A DNA stretch of 64,000 nt from Laetmonice hystrix. Lineage: Eukaryota. The stretch is taken from NCBI GenBank assembly GCA_965235115.1, contig OZ249439.1:17670001-17734000 (forward strand), given 5' to 3'. The notes below the pieces were generated by a model that was given only the letters and a program-made list of their open reading frames with translations, made no database searches and was not told where the DNA came from. This document shows, one piece after another, positions 1 through 12,051 of this stretch; the stretch's first letter is position 1, and every line of letters begins with the position of its first letter. A program made the position numbers and the translations under genes.

Positions 1-3
1 AGT

Positions 4-64
4 ATGGGTAACATCAGCTGTACGAGTGGGACGTGCTCAGTGATTGCTACCAAGGTCATGACAG
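4..64 (+). CDS. Candidate alternative first coding exon of the DLC-family gene (MGNISCTSGTCSVIATKVMT + G)
   Basis: ATG at 4, open frame to a strong CAG|GTGAGT donor at 64/65. The phase-1 G joins AG of the exon at 40878 to give ...KVMT-EIEAVEACKW. Upstream context lies outside the window, so it could be an internal exon. Confidence 0.5.
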
Positions 65-832
65 GTGAGTGTCTGCAGACAAACGTCAACAACAGGTTAC
101 CTCTCACAGATCCAGTTTCTTGGTTCGGGAACCGTGGCCCTGAACGTCACTCTCATTTCTCTAGATTTTCTCATTTGGTGAGAGAGATTATTAATTGAAA
201 AAAGAACAGGTTTGAACTAGTGGGTAATTTTCCTTGACATGAGTAATTTGAACCTCTTAAATTTGATATTTGGATTCTATTTAGTCCAAGACCGAAATTA
301 TTTAAGATTTTGAAAGAACTGCTGTTGGTTGAATTAACAGTTCATATCGTAACTGCTTATATAGACAAGGGGAGAAGGTTATAGACAGTGATTGCCAGCC
401 AATTTAAGGGACAGACCCCTTCACAGGGATCCACTGCGTAATTTCCTTACATTCAACGAAAGTTTTGCTGAAGTTATTCAAATGAAAATAGATTAGAGTG
501 TTTGGTCGTGGTCAGTGGAATTTAGACAGACCGTGAGAAGGTTGAATGTATATAATGTAATATAAAAAATATTCGAATGCCATCTAGATCAACAACTACA
601 TAATGTATATTGCTCATTATCATTACAAAGTGAAAGAACATTCAATTCAGGGTTGGCAAGAAAAGTTGCAGGCCAGCAGTTTCATGACCTGCATTCTCTT
701 CCTTTAAAAGATCATGACATTCTAGTGTGAGTGTGGACTTGTTGAAGGACTATAGCTGGCCTGGTGTCAGTGTATGTGCTGGTATATCATAAGGTCAGAA
801 GCGGTGTTTTTGGATAAAGGTGGCCGCGGGGG

Positions 833-864
833 CAGACAGACGGACAGACAGACAGACAGACAGA
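833..864. repeat. (CAGA)n microsatellite
   Basis: About 8 CAGA units, one of them a CGGA variant. Confidence 0.9.
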
Positions 865-3800
865 GATACGTCTCCATCACCATCGACCCAGAGAGTGTGT
901 GTTTAGCCTACATTAAGGTATCATCCATGCAGGCTGCTGGCACTCCTTACTGTCCTGCGGTCCAGATTTTGACAGATGATCCATTGTGATGGTAGGCAGG
1001 GATGCTCTCCATATATCACAATATGCTGCCACGGCAACGCTAACATACATCTTGGAGGTCAGATGGGATGATAGTGGTAGTGGCTATGGTGGTGGCCAGC
1101 ACCCGCCATGCTGACATCAGCTCATGTTGGCCGCTGACATGGAACCGGCTACTGATGATGAATTCCAGCGTATCGTGGGCAACCACAGATCTGTTAAAGG
1201 TTGTGTGAATTCCCGTTAAAATGTGATTGGTGTCAATAAAGGAATTGGACTGGGCTGGCAGGGATAGTATACTGACTGGAGAAAATTCTCCATCCTCTGC
1301 TCCTAGGTGTACATCTGTTACTGGTATATGTCGGTCCATCGATGTACATGTTTGTGTGCAATCGATGGTCAACAAGATTTTCGGGAAAGATGGGGGGGGG
1401 GGGGATCTCAGATAATCGGACATTACTGCATTGATCCCATTTTAGATAAAGATTGAATTATCTCAGATAATCTGTGACACCTTATATCGACTGATTCTCT
1501 GATGACAACTGTATATCGTCCAAGGATGACATTGTGATTCTGTAGCTTCAATCTTACACCAGGTGGTAAGAACAAAGATCAGAAGGTGAGTGTCGGTTGA
1601 TGTAGGTAACCACATTTGATCCAGTACCAGGACTTGGGAGGTGATTGTTGTTTGTTTGGGCTCCAGGTATCAGCAGTGGTAATCCGGAATATAATCTCTG
1701 AATTCCTACACATAACCCTGGACCAGATCAACAAGCAGGACAGGGGAGACAGCCGCTGTGAGACTGTTAGAGTTAGTATCAGGTTTTCGGGGTCAACCAT
1801 GAAACCCTTTGCATATACACTATAACCGCCGTAAGGCTGTGTGTTGCATGCAGGTTTGTGGGTGCATCTCCTCAGTTGCCCATGCAGTAAACTTTTTTTA
1901 GACATTTTTTCATACTCTCATCATAAAATATACGCTGTATAGGCCTACACGTGGAGCAAATGTAAGATATAGTTACTTATTTATAAATGTGGGTTCGCCA
2001 GTTGTAGCCTTGTTCGTTACAAGCAGGCGCTTTCCCTTTCAAATTTGACAACCATATCCATCGTGGCACTATCCCAAATGTGTGTGTCGTCTATCACAGT
2101 CGGAAATGTGGGATTAGATCATAGTTGTTTTGTTGACGTGATGCTGAAATGACGCCCTGACCCAGAGGGGCATGATAAACACCCCATACCCAGGCATAGT
2201 TGTCAACGTTATTACACAACCCGTATCAGTAACGGACGAGACCAAAAAAGTTGTAAATAAAAAAGGGTTTGCTTTACAGTTACTTCTTTAAAAGTACAAA
2301 AATATTTACTTTTATAAGGCAATTTTAGGGTTATCACTTTGATAGGCGGTGACAACACGGGATGGTTAACCAAAACATAAAGTTCTCAACTGGTCTTTGC
2401 TCCAGGCCACTTTAAGATGGAGTTTTACTCTCAGGGGTCTGACCCAGTTCTGTATTTGTGAATAATAGTTGGTTAATAGTGTGTAAATGGTACCACTGGG
2501 TGCTTCAGTTGCATAATTCAGATGAGTTAAGACCCAAATAAAATATTTAGCATTTCGATGAAATGTCACGAGCAGAAGCGTGCCGGCCGGCCGACCCCGG
2601 TTTAGTATGTACACACCCCGTGGTGGGCAGAGAAAAGGTCGTGCCCAAACGTATAGCTCTCGTACTGAGAGGCGAACAGGAAAGTGGTCCCCAACAAACA
2701 GTAAAGGTGGCACTCGCATTGATTCGGAACTTGCGAAACGAAAGTTTCGATGTGCCGTCCGAATGTTGGGAGACGCTAAAGGTGGAGGGACCAGGGTATG
2801 GATTACGATACTTGACTTTGTTAGTGGAAACTTTCTCCAGGATTATAGGATATTAATTCTTTAATCTCTATGATTGTTTGTATTGAAAACTAATACTGGT
2901 GAGAATGGGCTAGGCCTCTGGATCGCAAGTGTGCCGAAACCATAGACGAATCTATGCTGGAGATACAGTTTTCACTTGTAAGTGTCATGGATGTTCATCC
3001 TACTGCCGTCTATTGTTTGAGTTGGTTGGGGTCATCACCCCGACACCGGGGGGTTCTGTGATACCCTGTGACGGACCCACGTGTCCGGGACACACACACG
3101 TGTCCAGAGGTCGGTAGTCGGGGTTCATGGTGTTACCTGAGAGGTCCGTATCCATGACAGTTGTGAGGGTGGCCCAGAGATCCCTCATTGTGTACCAAAC
3201 CAGGTCCATTGTTGTCGGACGGGCACCCGTGGTGAGCAGTTGCTCCTCCTGGCACGTCAGCGGACACAGACCCCGAGAGAAGTGTTCCGTGCCGTGTTTC
3301 TGGTTGAGAATCTCTGTGGTGGTTTCCCGGTTCTCAGTGTACTAAACGTTCTCACTACAGAGATTACCAGGGAACTGTACTGAGGCGTGCAAGGTGCTGG
3401 CGGGGTCACTGCTGACAAGCAAACTTTGACGGCCGGGCAGCACTTTCATTGTTAAGTGGCAGAAATAGGTTTTTCAAAGTAAGGAACTCCAGATTGCCTA
3501 GAGAGGGATGCCCTTGGCGTTTTTCAGTTGTCTCGGAATACTAACATAATGGGTGTAAATAATGTATCTGAAGGCCAAGTTGATACCATTCTTTTATAGG
3601 TGTTGCAACTGTCAAGTACTTTTCACGGGGAGTCATGACAAATTAACTATCTCCAACTCTAAACATACTTGTGTTTCGCTGTTGATAGTAGGAAGTATGT
3701 AAGGTGAAAGAGAGTTCAAAGAAAGCAGAGAAAAACAACATCAAAGAAGAATGACATTTTAATTTTTTGTCAAGTTTTTGGTTTTCTAGCATCTAGATTC

Positions 3801-5086
3801 ATGTATGTTGCTGTGATTCGGCGGATTGTCGGCACGATGTATGTGTGTAAGGTTACACCTTGACATTGTTGAAGGTTAGCCTGTTTATCAAACGCTCGTC
3901 CTTGTCGAGGATCGGTTCAACTTTTGACCCAAAGTCTGACGTGACAGCGCCTTTAAGAATGGGACGACAGCGACTGACGAGGCGGGGAGCCCGGGTATTT
4001 TCTGACGAGATCAGAAGTACGATAAACACGCAGCAGGTATTGGGTGTGGCCTACCAACTTTGGTTTATAGAGGGGACAGATTCCACCAGGTGGGGTAAAA
4101 GTCGGTCGGCACAATCCCAAACCTGGTATTGAGCTCGTTATGGTGACAGCGCGCGAGTCGGGACGCCTTCCTCGGTATCTGACCGATTGCAAGACCGAGC
4201 ATTTATATCTTGATCCTAATCCTCCAGATCTAAACGTGAATCATTGTGAATTCCCGTAACAACGTTTAACGATGGAGTAGGGTATTATAAACCCTGCTAT
4301 GCTGACATGTTTTGTGTAAAGGTAAAAGTATGTTAATACCGTGACGTATGCCCCAGTGGGTGGACAGGGCGATAGCCCGTGGGTCACTCTCATTCAACCT
4401 TAATTACCCCTCCCCACTTTGGTCAATTACCGTAGACAAAGACTCTTTTGATGAAAAAGGCATTATCTCAGTAGACGGAGTATCGTCCCCAGTGTAGGGA
4501 CGGACAGCGGTAACCCGAAAAACCCTACCTCCGATGTCAATCACTCGCTGTGCAAAATCCATCGTAACTACTGCCAGTTGAGGTGTCAATTCTAACGCAG
4601 CCCATCTTTTGTTCCTCTGCTGCACACTTTTCCGAGGATTTTTGCCCAAAGTTTTAATAAATCAGACTTCCGAAATTGCGAATCGCGCTGTTTCACTGCC
4701 GTTAGCCGCCATACTGTTTGTTTTACTGCGCATGTTCAAAACACGCACACTGGCGACCAGCAGGGGAGCATTTATTATTCTAGACCAAACAGCAATTCCT
4801 CCATTATGGCGCCAAACTAGTAGCCAACGTTTGAAATGACTGCTCCCTTCGTGAGCTTGACCCCGGATGTGGATTTACAGAAATGGCGCCGGTTGTAAGA
4901 CTATGGAAAGTGGTCGCTTGGTTTGGAAAATTGGCCGAATCTGTTGCTTAGAGGAACACCAAGTAAGTTCATTGGGCTCAGTAGCTGAAGGTAAAGGCAA
5001 TCTTTTATTTGAAGTGACGGAAGAGGTGATGGCCCACATTCATTTTGCGGGTTGAACGTTTGGTCTCGTAGCCCGTTCGCTAGAGG

Positions 5087-5112
5087 ATAGGCCGTGTATA
5101 CACACGGCCTAT
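5087..5112. other. Perfect inverted repeat / hairpin
   Basis: ATAGGCCGTGT-atac-ACACGGCCTAT: 11-bp stem with a 4-nt loop. Function unknown. Confidence 0.8.
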
Positions 5113-6902
5113 GTTAGAGGCTATATCTCAGTAGTGGACACACCACTGAGTTCCCGAGGTCATATTTAAGCCGGCTCACATTTCATTAGCTGGGGCAGTG
5201 GACACAGCATGGTCCTTGCCTCCTGTGTCGACTCTGTCTACATGTGGTCACTGGACACCACCCTGTATCAGTCACTGGCGCCTGCGGTGGTCAAGTGTTG
5301 GTCAAGCGGCCAGTCGGGCGGGGCCGTTCCATTATCACGGCTGACCCAAGGCATGCACGCCGTCTCGCTGGACCGGTCAGACCCCAGTCGGCCGTACCTT
5401 GGCCATGCCGCCCGTCGGACTTCAGGACTTGGGATCAGGAATTTACACCCACAAACACCTGTTAGGGTTTGCTGTATGGAGATTGGAGGTGACAAGTTAA
5501 GGTGTCATCCACATGGTAGACCGTTCTGAGATCCATCCAGGAATCGTTAACAAATACAGGGTGAACCACTCAGAGTGTGGTTATAGCCCGGCCGTGAGGG
5601 CGTGTTTTACTGTGGACCGGCCGCCGTGTACCAGGACGGCTGTCTACCAACGTGTACTGGACCCGTGGTCCGACTCACTGTGCGCCTAGATCGGGACAGG
5701 TCCGGGTGGGGGAGAGCTACACCATGCTGGCCCACTGGGAAGGTAGAGTGAACCATTGCTGGCATACATTGTTTAAAAAAAGGAACCAGTTAATGTACTT
5801 GGACCTCGTATTTTTTTCTCCGCTCCAAACCCGCCTCGCTGTCATTTTTAATTTAGCAATATCATGGTCAGTCAACGTTACCGTAACCGAAGACTCAGAT
5901 ATCTGTTTTAACGACAAAACTTGAGACCTCAAAGCGTTCAGAATAAGGGTTTATACATTCACCCCACCCAGGGCACTTAACGTTTACTACTTAAGCACGT
6001 TCAAAGAGCATGCCAGAGGTTGCACTAATTTCACCTTTTACGTATATATGACCTCGTGCTTTCAACCCCGTACCACAATGACATTTCCTGACGGAAGTGA
6101 AAGGGGCCCACATTCGGTACCCCACATTCGACCGAGGCTGTGGCTGGCTGCAGAGTTCGGACGGATGTCCCGGCGCTGCTGGACGTAACATCCTGTCAAA
6201 ATACACCAACATGATTGAACTAACATCAAGTATATTATGATATCCTGAACATGCCGCGGTGACCTCAACTGCAACGTGACATCAGGACAACCGATCGTTT
6301 AGGCAATCTAAGAAGCAGGAAACTGTTACATCTTGATGTACACGCATGAATAGATTTTTGCCGAATCTGAATATTATGTGACTCTATCACGAGGTCATTC
6401 CGAGGCACAATGTCTGTGGTGAACCTCATTCAAACCACAATTTTATATTTCTGTAAACTATGGTTTTTGTTTTCGTTTCTACCCCCCCCCCCCTCAATAC
6501 CAAACTATAAAAAAATAAATAAAATAGACTTCAGAAGAATAAATGTCTGGTATCTATAGTAATAGAAACCTACAAATAATGGGTTATTGTACGTGAACAT
6601 GTACAATCCTGATAAAAAGTAATATGCAATTTATCTTGTATTTTTCAGGTATGTACAAAAGTCATGACATCTGTATCAGCAAATAGGTAGGCTTTGTTTT
6701 CGATATTGTGTCCTCTATATCATCCAACATTTGGAATCGGGAGAAACATGTACGGCCTAGTTACAGTCATGTTTGGAATTGTCCAGAGTTGGGATCAGGA
6801 TATGAACTTTGTCTGTTTGTTTGTATATTTTGAGTTGTGGGACGTTACCCAGCTACATGTTATATAGGATGGTGTGACGGGTGGTGGATGTGTCTGACAT
6901 GT

Positions 6903-7266
6903 TACCGGTCAGTGTGGGACCAGCCTGTGGCCAGTGTGAGGTCACCAGTAGTGGTACCGGTCAGTGTGGGACCAGCCTGTGGCCAGTGTGAGGTCACCAG
7001 TAGTGGTACCGGTCAGTGTGGGACCAGCCTGTGGCCAGTGTGAGGTCACCAGTAGTGGTACCGGTCAGTGTGGGACCAGCCTGTGGCCAGTGTGAGGTCA
7101 CCAGTAGTGGTACCGGTCAGTGTGGGACCAGCCTGTGGCCAGTGTGAGGTCACCAGTAGTGGTACCGGTCAGTGTGGGACCAGCCTGTGGCCAGTGTGAG
7201 GTCACCAGTAGTGGTACCGGTCAGTGTGGGACCAGCCTGTGGCCAGTGTGAGGTCACCAGTGGTGG
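6903..7266. repeat. 52-bp minisatellite, about 7 near-identical copies
   Basis: Unit CAGTGTGGGACCAGCCTGTGGCCAGTGTGAGGTCACCAGTAGTGGTACCGGT; period 52 (6904, 6956, ...). Confidence 0.97.
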
Positions 7267-10200
7267 TGTTGGTGGGCTGACCTGTGTCCCACGTGACCGG
7301 AGAGTGGGGATGTAACACGTGATGGGAATGTCGTTATGGGACTCCCTCTAACCGTTCAGTCAGACCCATGGGTCCCAACTCAGGGAAATCTCGGACAGGG
7401 TTTTCCTGGAAAATTAACCAACCTCATCCTAGACTTTGTCAGTCATAAAATACATGCATTCGTTGTTTTCGAAGTTCACTGATCTATGTTAATTGTGCAA
7501 CAAACAATGAAAATTAATGCAACAGCGTACGAATTAGGTTTCCTCAACGAATATTGGTTTATAAATATTTACATATTACTTTACATATTAATTAAAAAAA
7601 TCAATTATACCGAGGAGGAATGTTAATTATTGACGGAAAAAGCGATTTCTGTCTTTCTGTGTGATTACAATAAGGGGACATCCATATTGTAAGTTCAGTG
7701 TTTGTATTTATCTCACCTAAAACATTTTTGCATCAACCCCACTGGTGTGGAAGTTTTAAATACAGGGTTTCAAGGTCGAACCAACATTATTTTTAGATTT
7801 CTTCCATATCTGCCGAATAACAAATGTATTACTTACAAAGTATAGGATAACAGTAATTAGAAACAACTGAAATGTTTTGTGAAATGCAGAGACGTGGCAT
7901 GCGGCTGAATGCTGACCACGGTGAGATGAATGTTTGGGGGGTGGAGATCCCTGTGATGAGGATAAAGCCCACTCCCAGTTATCAACCGTTAAACGTGCTG
8001 GTATGACAATCTGAGTTTGACAGACGTGGTATTCTGACCTCCGTGTACCTGGCCGCTGACGGAATGTTATTAACCAACATGTCATAATTAGGTCTCTCAT
8101 CGAGCACCACTCGGGCTACCCACCCATCATTTGTGACCTGTCATTAGATTCTGTCCTTTCGGGTTCCGTCTCTCATGATTGCATATTTATCTAATACGAA
8201 GGAAGATTCCCAGTGTAAACTAAAGAAGCGAGACCGGTCCTATTCAAACAGTATACCAAGTAACAGAGAGTATACAACATAGGTGGAAAAAAATTGCAAT
8301 CCAGCGGCCCCATGTCTCTCACCAGCCCGTGTCTCTAGGGTCAATTACATAAATTGTTTTATTTCCGGAGGGTCATTTTCTGTAACTTATTTCGGAATCG
8401 GAATGAAGAAACGCTCATTGTGATCAACTTTGGAACGAATATGTCCTAAGTACGTTGTAAAAGAGAAGAGACCCAGTGGATGTGACGTACCGTATGACCC
8501 TGTCGGGAGAATCCTTACTGAATCAGTTGATGACCGTGTGTTCACGTGATCTATACGTACCTCCCCACAGTCACTGTATGATTGAGAGAATGGCAGGAGT
8601 AAAAACAAAAAATTGTATTTTCTCATGATTTACAGATTTAAACCACCATACACAGCAGGTGTTTGTTTATGTCCTATAGTCATAGGCCGCGAAGACAAGG
8701 GAGAGAAATAATAACATGGAATCCGACACTGAGTTACCAAGAACACGTATCTGGTGATGTTTACTGACCATGTTTCTAGTTACTTCACCCAATTAACGGA
8801 CAAATTTGAGCCAGATCTAGTAATAGGAAGAGAGGGGAAGTCTTGTAACCGGAAACCGTGTTTCTCTCCAAGTTTACCAGTATTCGCCAAGGGCGAGTTA
8901 GGCATGTAATGTCAGAACAGCTATTTGACTTTAATTGTTAACCCTTGTCTTTGAGGAAATGCTGGAAAGCCAGACACTGTAGACCATCTGTTCTTGTATC
9001 TATGTATGATAAAATCCTCCGCTTAAACCAGGGGCCTTTCTATAACAAGGGTTTGATAATGGAGCATATGTTTGTTGTTCCATGAAATTGTTTGGTAATC
9101 TCTGATAGATTCAATGCTATGAACCGCAGGAAATCTAAAAAAAAATGTGGAAAAGATTAGAAATAATGAAGGGTTAAACTTTTAAAAGTTCATTGCTGTG
9201 TTGGTCGGGTAAATTGATGCATGAGGGATCAATTACAGCGTGAGATAGCTTTAAGTACCCATGGGTCATGGATCAGTGAAGGTAATCCACAGGTAAGGAG
9301 TGGCCGGAACACTCTTGATAAGTGGTTCTAAGGGTTTAAATAGGGGGTTGTCGAGGAACCTATCTTTAACTAAACGTACCGCCTTATCAGTGCACCTTAC
9401 GGGTATGTTCCTCTGTCCTCAGGTGCTACATTTATCACCATTAAGATAAACTCCGTGTCCCTCCCCCTGAGCTCTCTCAATGATACTGCTGTATGTATAA
9501 GTTGATAACACAGGCTTGGCCCATACCTCTAACCCTAACTCCAAACTGAAACACTCCTTTACCGGATGGCTGAGGGCAACCCCAGGTCAGAGTGAGCATG
9601 ACGCCCCCGCTCTCCCCAAACGACAACGTAACCCAACAATCGACCTGAACTTCAATTCAGTGTTGGTAGTGTCGTCATGCAGCAGAATTAAGGGCATAGT
9701 CTTTATGTATCAGTTAACGCTACTACCATACTGTCCATGCTTCAGTCTATCGAAACAGGGGCAATAGATATACCTAGGTGACCCTTGCTATGGAAACAGG
9801 TTCGTATCCTTTCAGTATCAGTCAGCGTTTAGACTACCCATTATAACATCCTTGCGGCACTCATATTGGTACCCTCATAATTGCACTCATACAGGATGTG
9901 TAAGCTGAAGAGGTTGAGGGGTTTGGGTGCACCTCGTCGTAGGTGGCAGTGAGAAGGGAGAACTCAAAGGGAGTTCCACCTGGTGTTGCCTGACTCCCAC
10001 CCGTCCCCGTCAGCCGGTGGAGCGGGACCCTTTGGGTACTTGACCCCCGGGTGGGGTATTCCTCCCGACCCCGGGTCAACCAGTACAGGGTACGGATCAC
10101 GGAACCAACTGGGCTTTTTGCTTGTTGGTCACTCACAAGATTTCTCGTAGGATTCAGTGAGCATAAACCAGGCAAGGCTGGGGACAGACTGAATGCCACG

Positions 10201-10646
10201 ATGACCTGCCGTACTGGTGGGTTTCCAGTACACACTCGGGTTTTACAATGTGCGAGGGAGAAAGAAAATGGCCCGATTATTTTGGGAGACGAAACGCCAT
10301 TTTAGATGTATGGCCTCAACATGTGTTCAGTCAGTGTTGCGAGGGGAACTGATTTGTCTTCAGATGTCTGTGGGGAGGGGTAAGCTGCAGGAGTGGTCAG
10401 CTCCTCCGGTTGACCCGCTGACCCATGCTTGACATGGGCGGGGTAGGGGTTGGCTCGGCCATTCGCCCGGTCTGGGGCGGTAATTGGTCTGATGTCCAGC
10501 AGAGTGCAGCACCCTCTCTGGCGCGAGCAGCAGCAGTTAGTCAGATCTTGAACGTAGGAACTGGTCTATTTCGATGTGACACAGCTGGAGGAAAAGGTTG
10601 CAGGTGTGCACAGGACGTACTTCATATGATAAACCAACCCGGATCG

Positions 10647-10784
10647 TACCATCCAAACCTAGGCCTGGTCCTCCTGACCTACCATCCAAACCTAGGCCTG
10701 GTCCTCCTAACCTACCATCCAAACCTTGGCCTGGTCCTCCTAACCTACAATCCAAACCTAGGGCTAGGCCTGGTCCCCCTAACC
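10647..10784. repeat. 33-bp tandem repeat, about 4 copies
   Basis: Unit TACCATCCAAACCTAGGCCTGGTCCTCCTAACC with variants; period 33 (10647, 10680, 10713). Confidence 0.93.
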
Positions 10785-10943
10785 CAGGTGTTGCCGATCT
10801 GCCGCCCATGAGGAGGAGGACCCTGGAGCTCTGCCAGCCGGGTCCTTAACCGACAGACCTCTGATGCAACATTCATATGTGGTTGTCTGGTGTAGCAATA
10901 CCCACCTGGTAAAAACTGTCAAGAGGCGCGAAGGATGGCAGCA

Positions 10944-10951
10944 TATTTATA
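10944..10951 (+). promoter_or_regulatory. TATA-like / near-MEF2 element (TATTTATA), possible promoter
   Basis: TATTTATAG immediately 5' of a CAG tract and of donor-like sites at 11083 and 11167. Motif match only. Confidence 0.3.
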
Positions 10952-10953
10952 GT

Positions 10954-10954
<1 letters not shown>

Positions 10955-11004
<50 letters not shown>

Positions 11005-11008
11005 GCAG
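10955..11008. repeat. (CAG)10-AAG-(CAG)7 trinucleotide repeat
   Basis: Read directly from the sequence. Confidence 0.97.
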
Positions 11009-11945
11009 CCAGTTTGAGTATTATGCACTGAGGAAGAGAACAAGAGACAGGTTGGGCGGAGCTCGGCTCAGTGTCGAACCAAGGTATCTGTGAGAAGATG
11101 TCTACCCTGTGAGAGGTCTCATCTTCTGTCTGTAAGAAAACAAAGGAAAGGCGAACAGCGTCACAAGGTGGGCGCCTAGGGCGGGTTCAACGCCCTGTTT
11201 TCCCTAACGTCGTTTACACAGAGGCTGCAGAACACAGCAATGCTGGAGGGATACGGTTGCCTTGACGACATGGACTGGAACTGGAAGGAGACATGTATCC
11301 CCCTGGTGGCCGTCCAGGGAGCCTGATGACCATATTAGTGATCTAACGTTGGAGGCACTGTCTCGAGTAATGGGACATCGCCACGCCGCCATCAGCTGGG
11401 GGCTGCATGCCACAGTTAGCCGAGGTGAAAATCGTTGATCAGGGCTCCTCATCCCGGCAGGCCAGCTATATATAGTGACGGGAGCTGACAAAAACCAGCG
11501 ACCAGCGTAGTTGCGCGTTAACTGACATTTGCGTGGGGTGAGGCGATGCGTTAAGCTGAGCCGCTAATGACGAGCAAGCAGCCACATTCTACCAATCACT
11601 GGGTAGGCTACCGTGGTGTAGGCTGTGCCTCAAGGATATCTTTGTTAACTGACATTTCCGTTCACATTTCTTGTAAGGAGTAGTGCAGAATACCATGCGG
11701 GACCGCATATCACAGTCAAAGTAGCATGTCTGCAGATGTCTGGAAAATATTTGTCTACTATTGATTGTTGGTCCACGAGTTTCACAGCATTGCCTACCTG
11801 TGTGAGGCTGTACCACATTGGAGAAAGAAGTTTCCTTACAACATGGATGAAATCTACGTTAAATTATAGTAGAGTTTCGCCTTTGGATATTACTATTAGC
11901 TAAGGAGAGGGGTGTAAGAGATTGGTTTCGTGCCTGGATTTCATC

Positions 11946-12051
11946 ATGTTCCACCAGGAAACGTCTGGGGACACGAAAGCGCCTGTGTCCGGGGCGCACC
12001 ACCAGGTGGCTCTGGTGTTTCAGGAGATGTGTTGTGTGCTTCCTAATACAG
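11946..12051 (+). CDS. Candidate alternative first coding exon (MFHQETSGDTKAPVSGAHHQVALVFQEMCCVLPNT + G)
   Basis: First ATG after an in-frame TAA at 11901, with A at -3. 35 open codons to a CAG|GTGAGT phase-1 donor. A second in-frame ATG at 12027 gives MCCVLPNT. Confidence 0.5.

Noticed and set aside
3548-3630. Minus-strand EWYQLGLQI resembling a death-domain helix, downstream of a pyrimidine tract
   Set aside because: The frame is closed by nearby stops and no further death-domain features were seen.
4404-4649. Minus-strand ORF with a basic N-terminus near promoter-like motifs
   Set aside because: Non-ATG start, short, and no recognisable gag or transposase motifs.
10425-10849. Pro-rich and Gly/Leu-rich ORFs
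   Set aside because: Explained by the 33-bp tandem repeat; no homology recognised.
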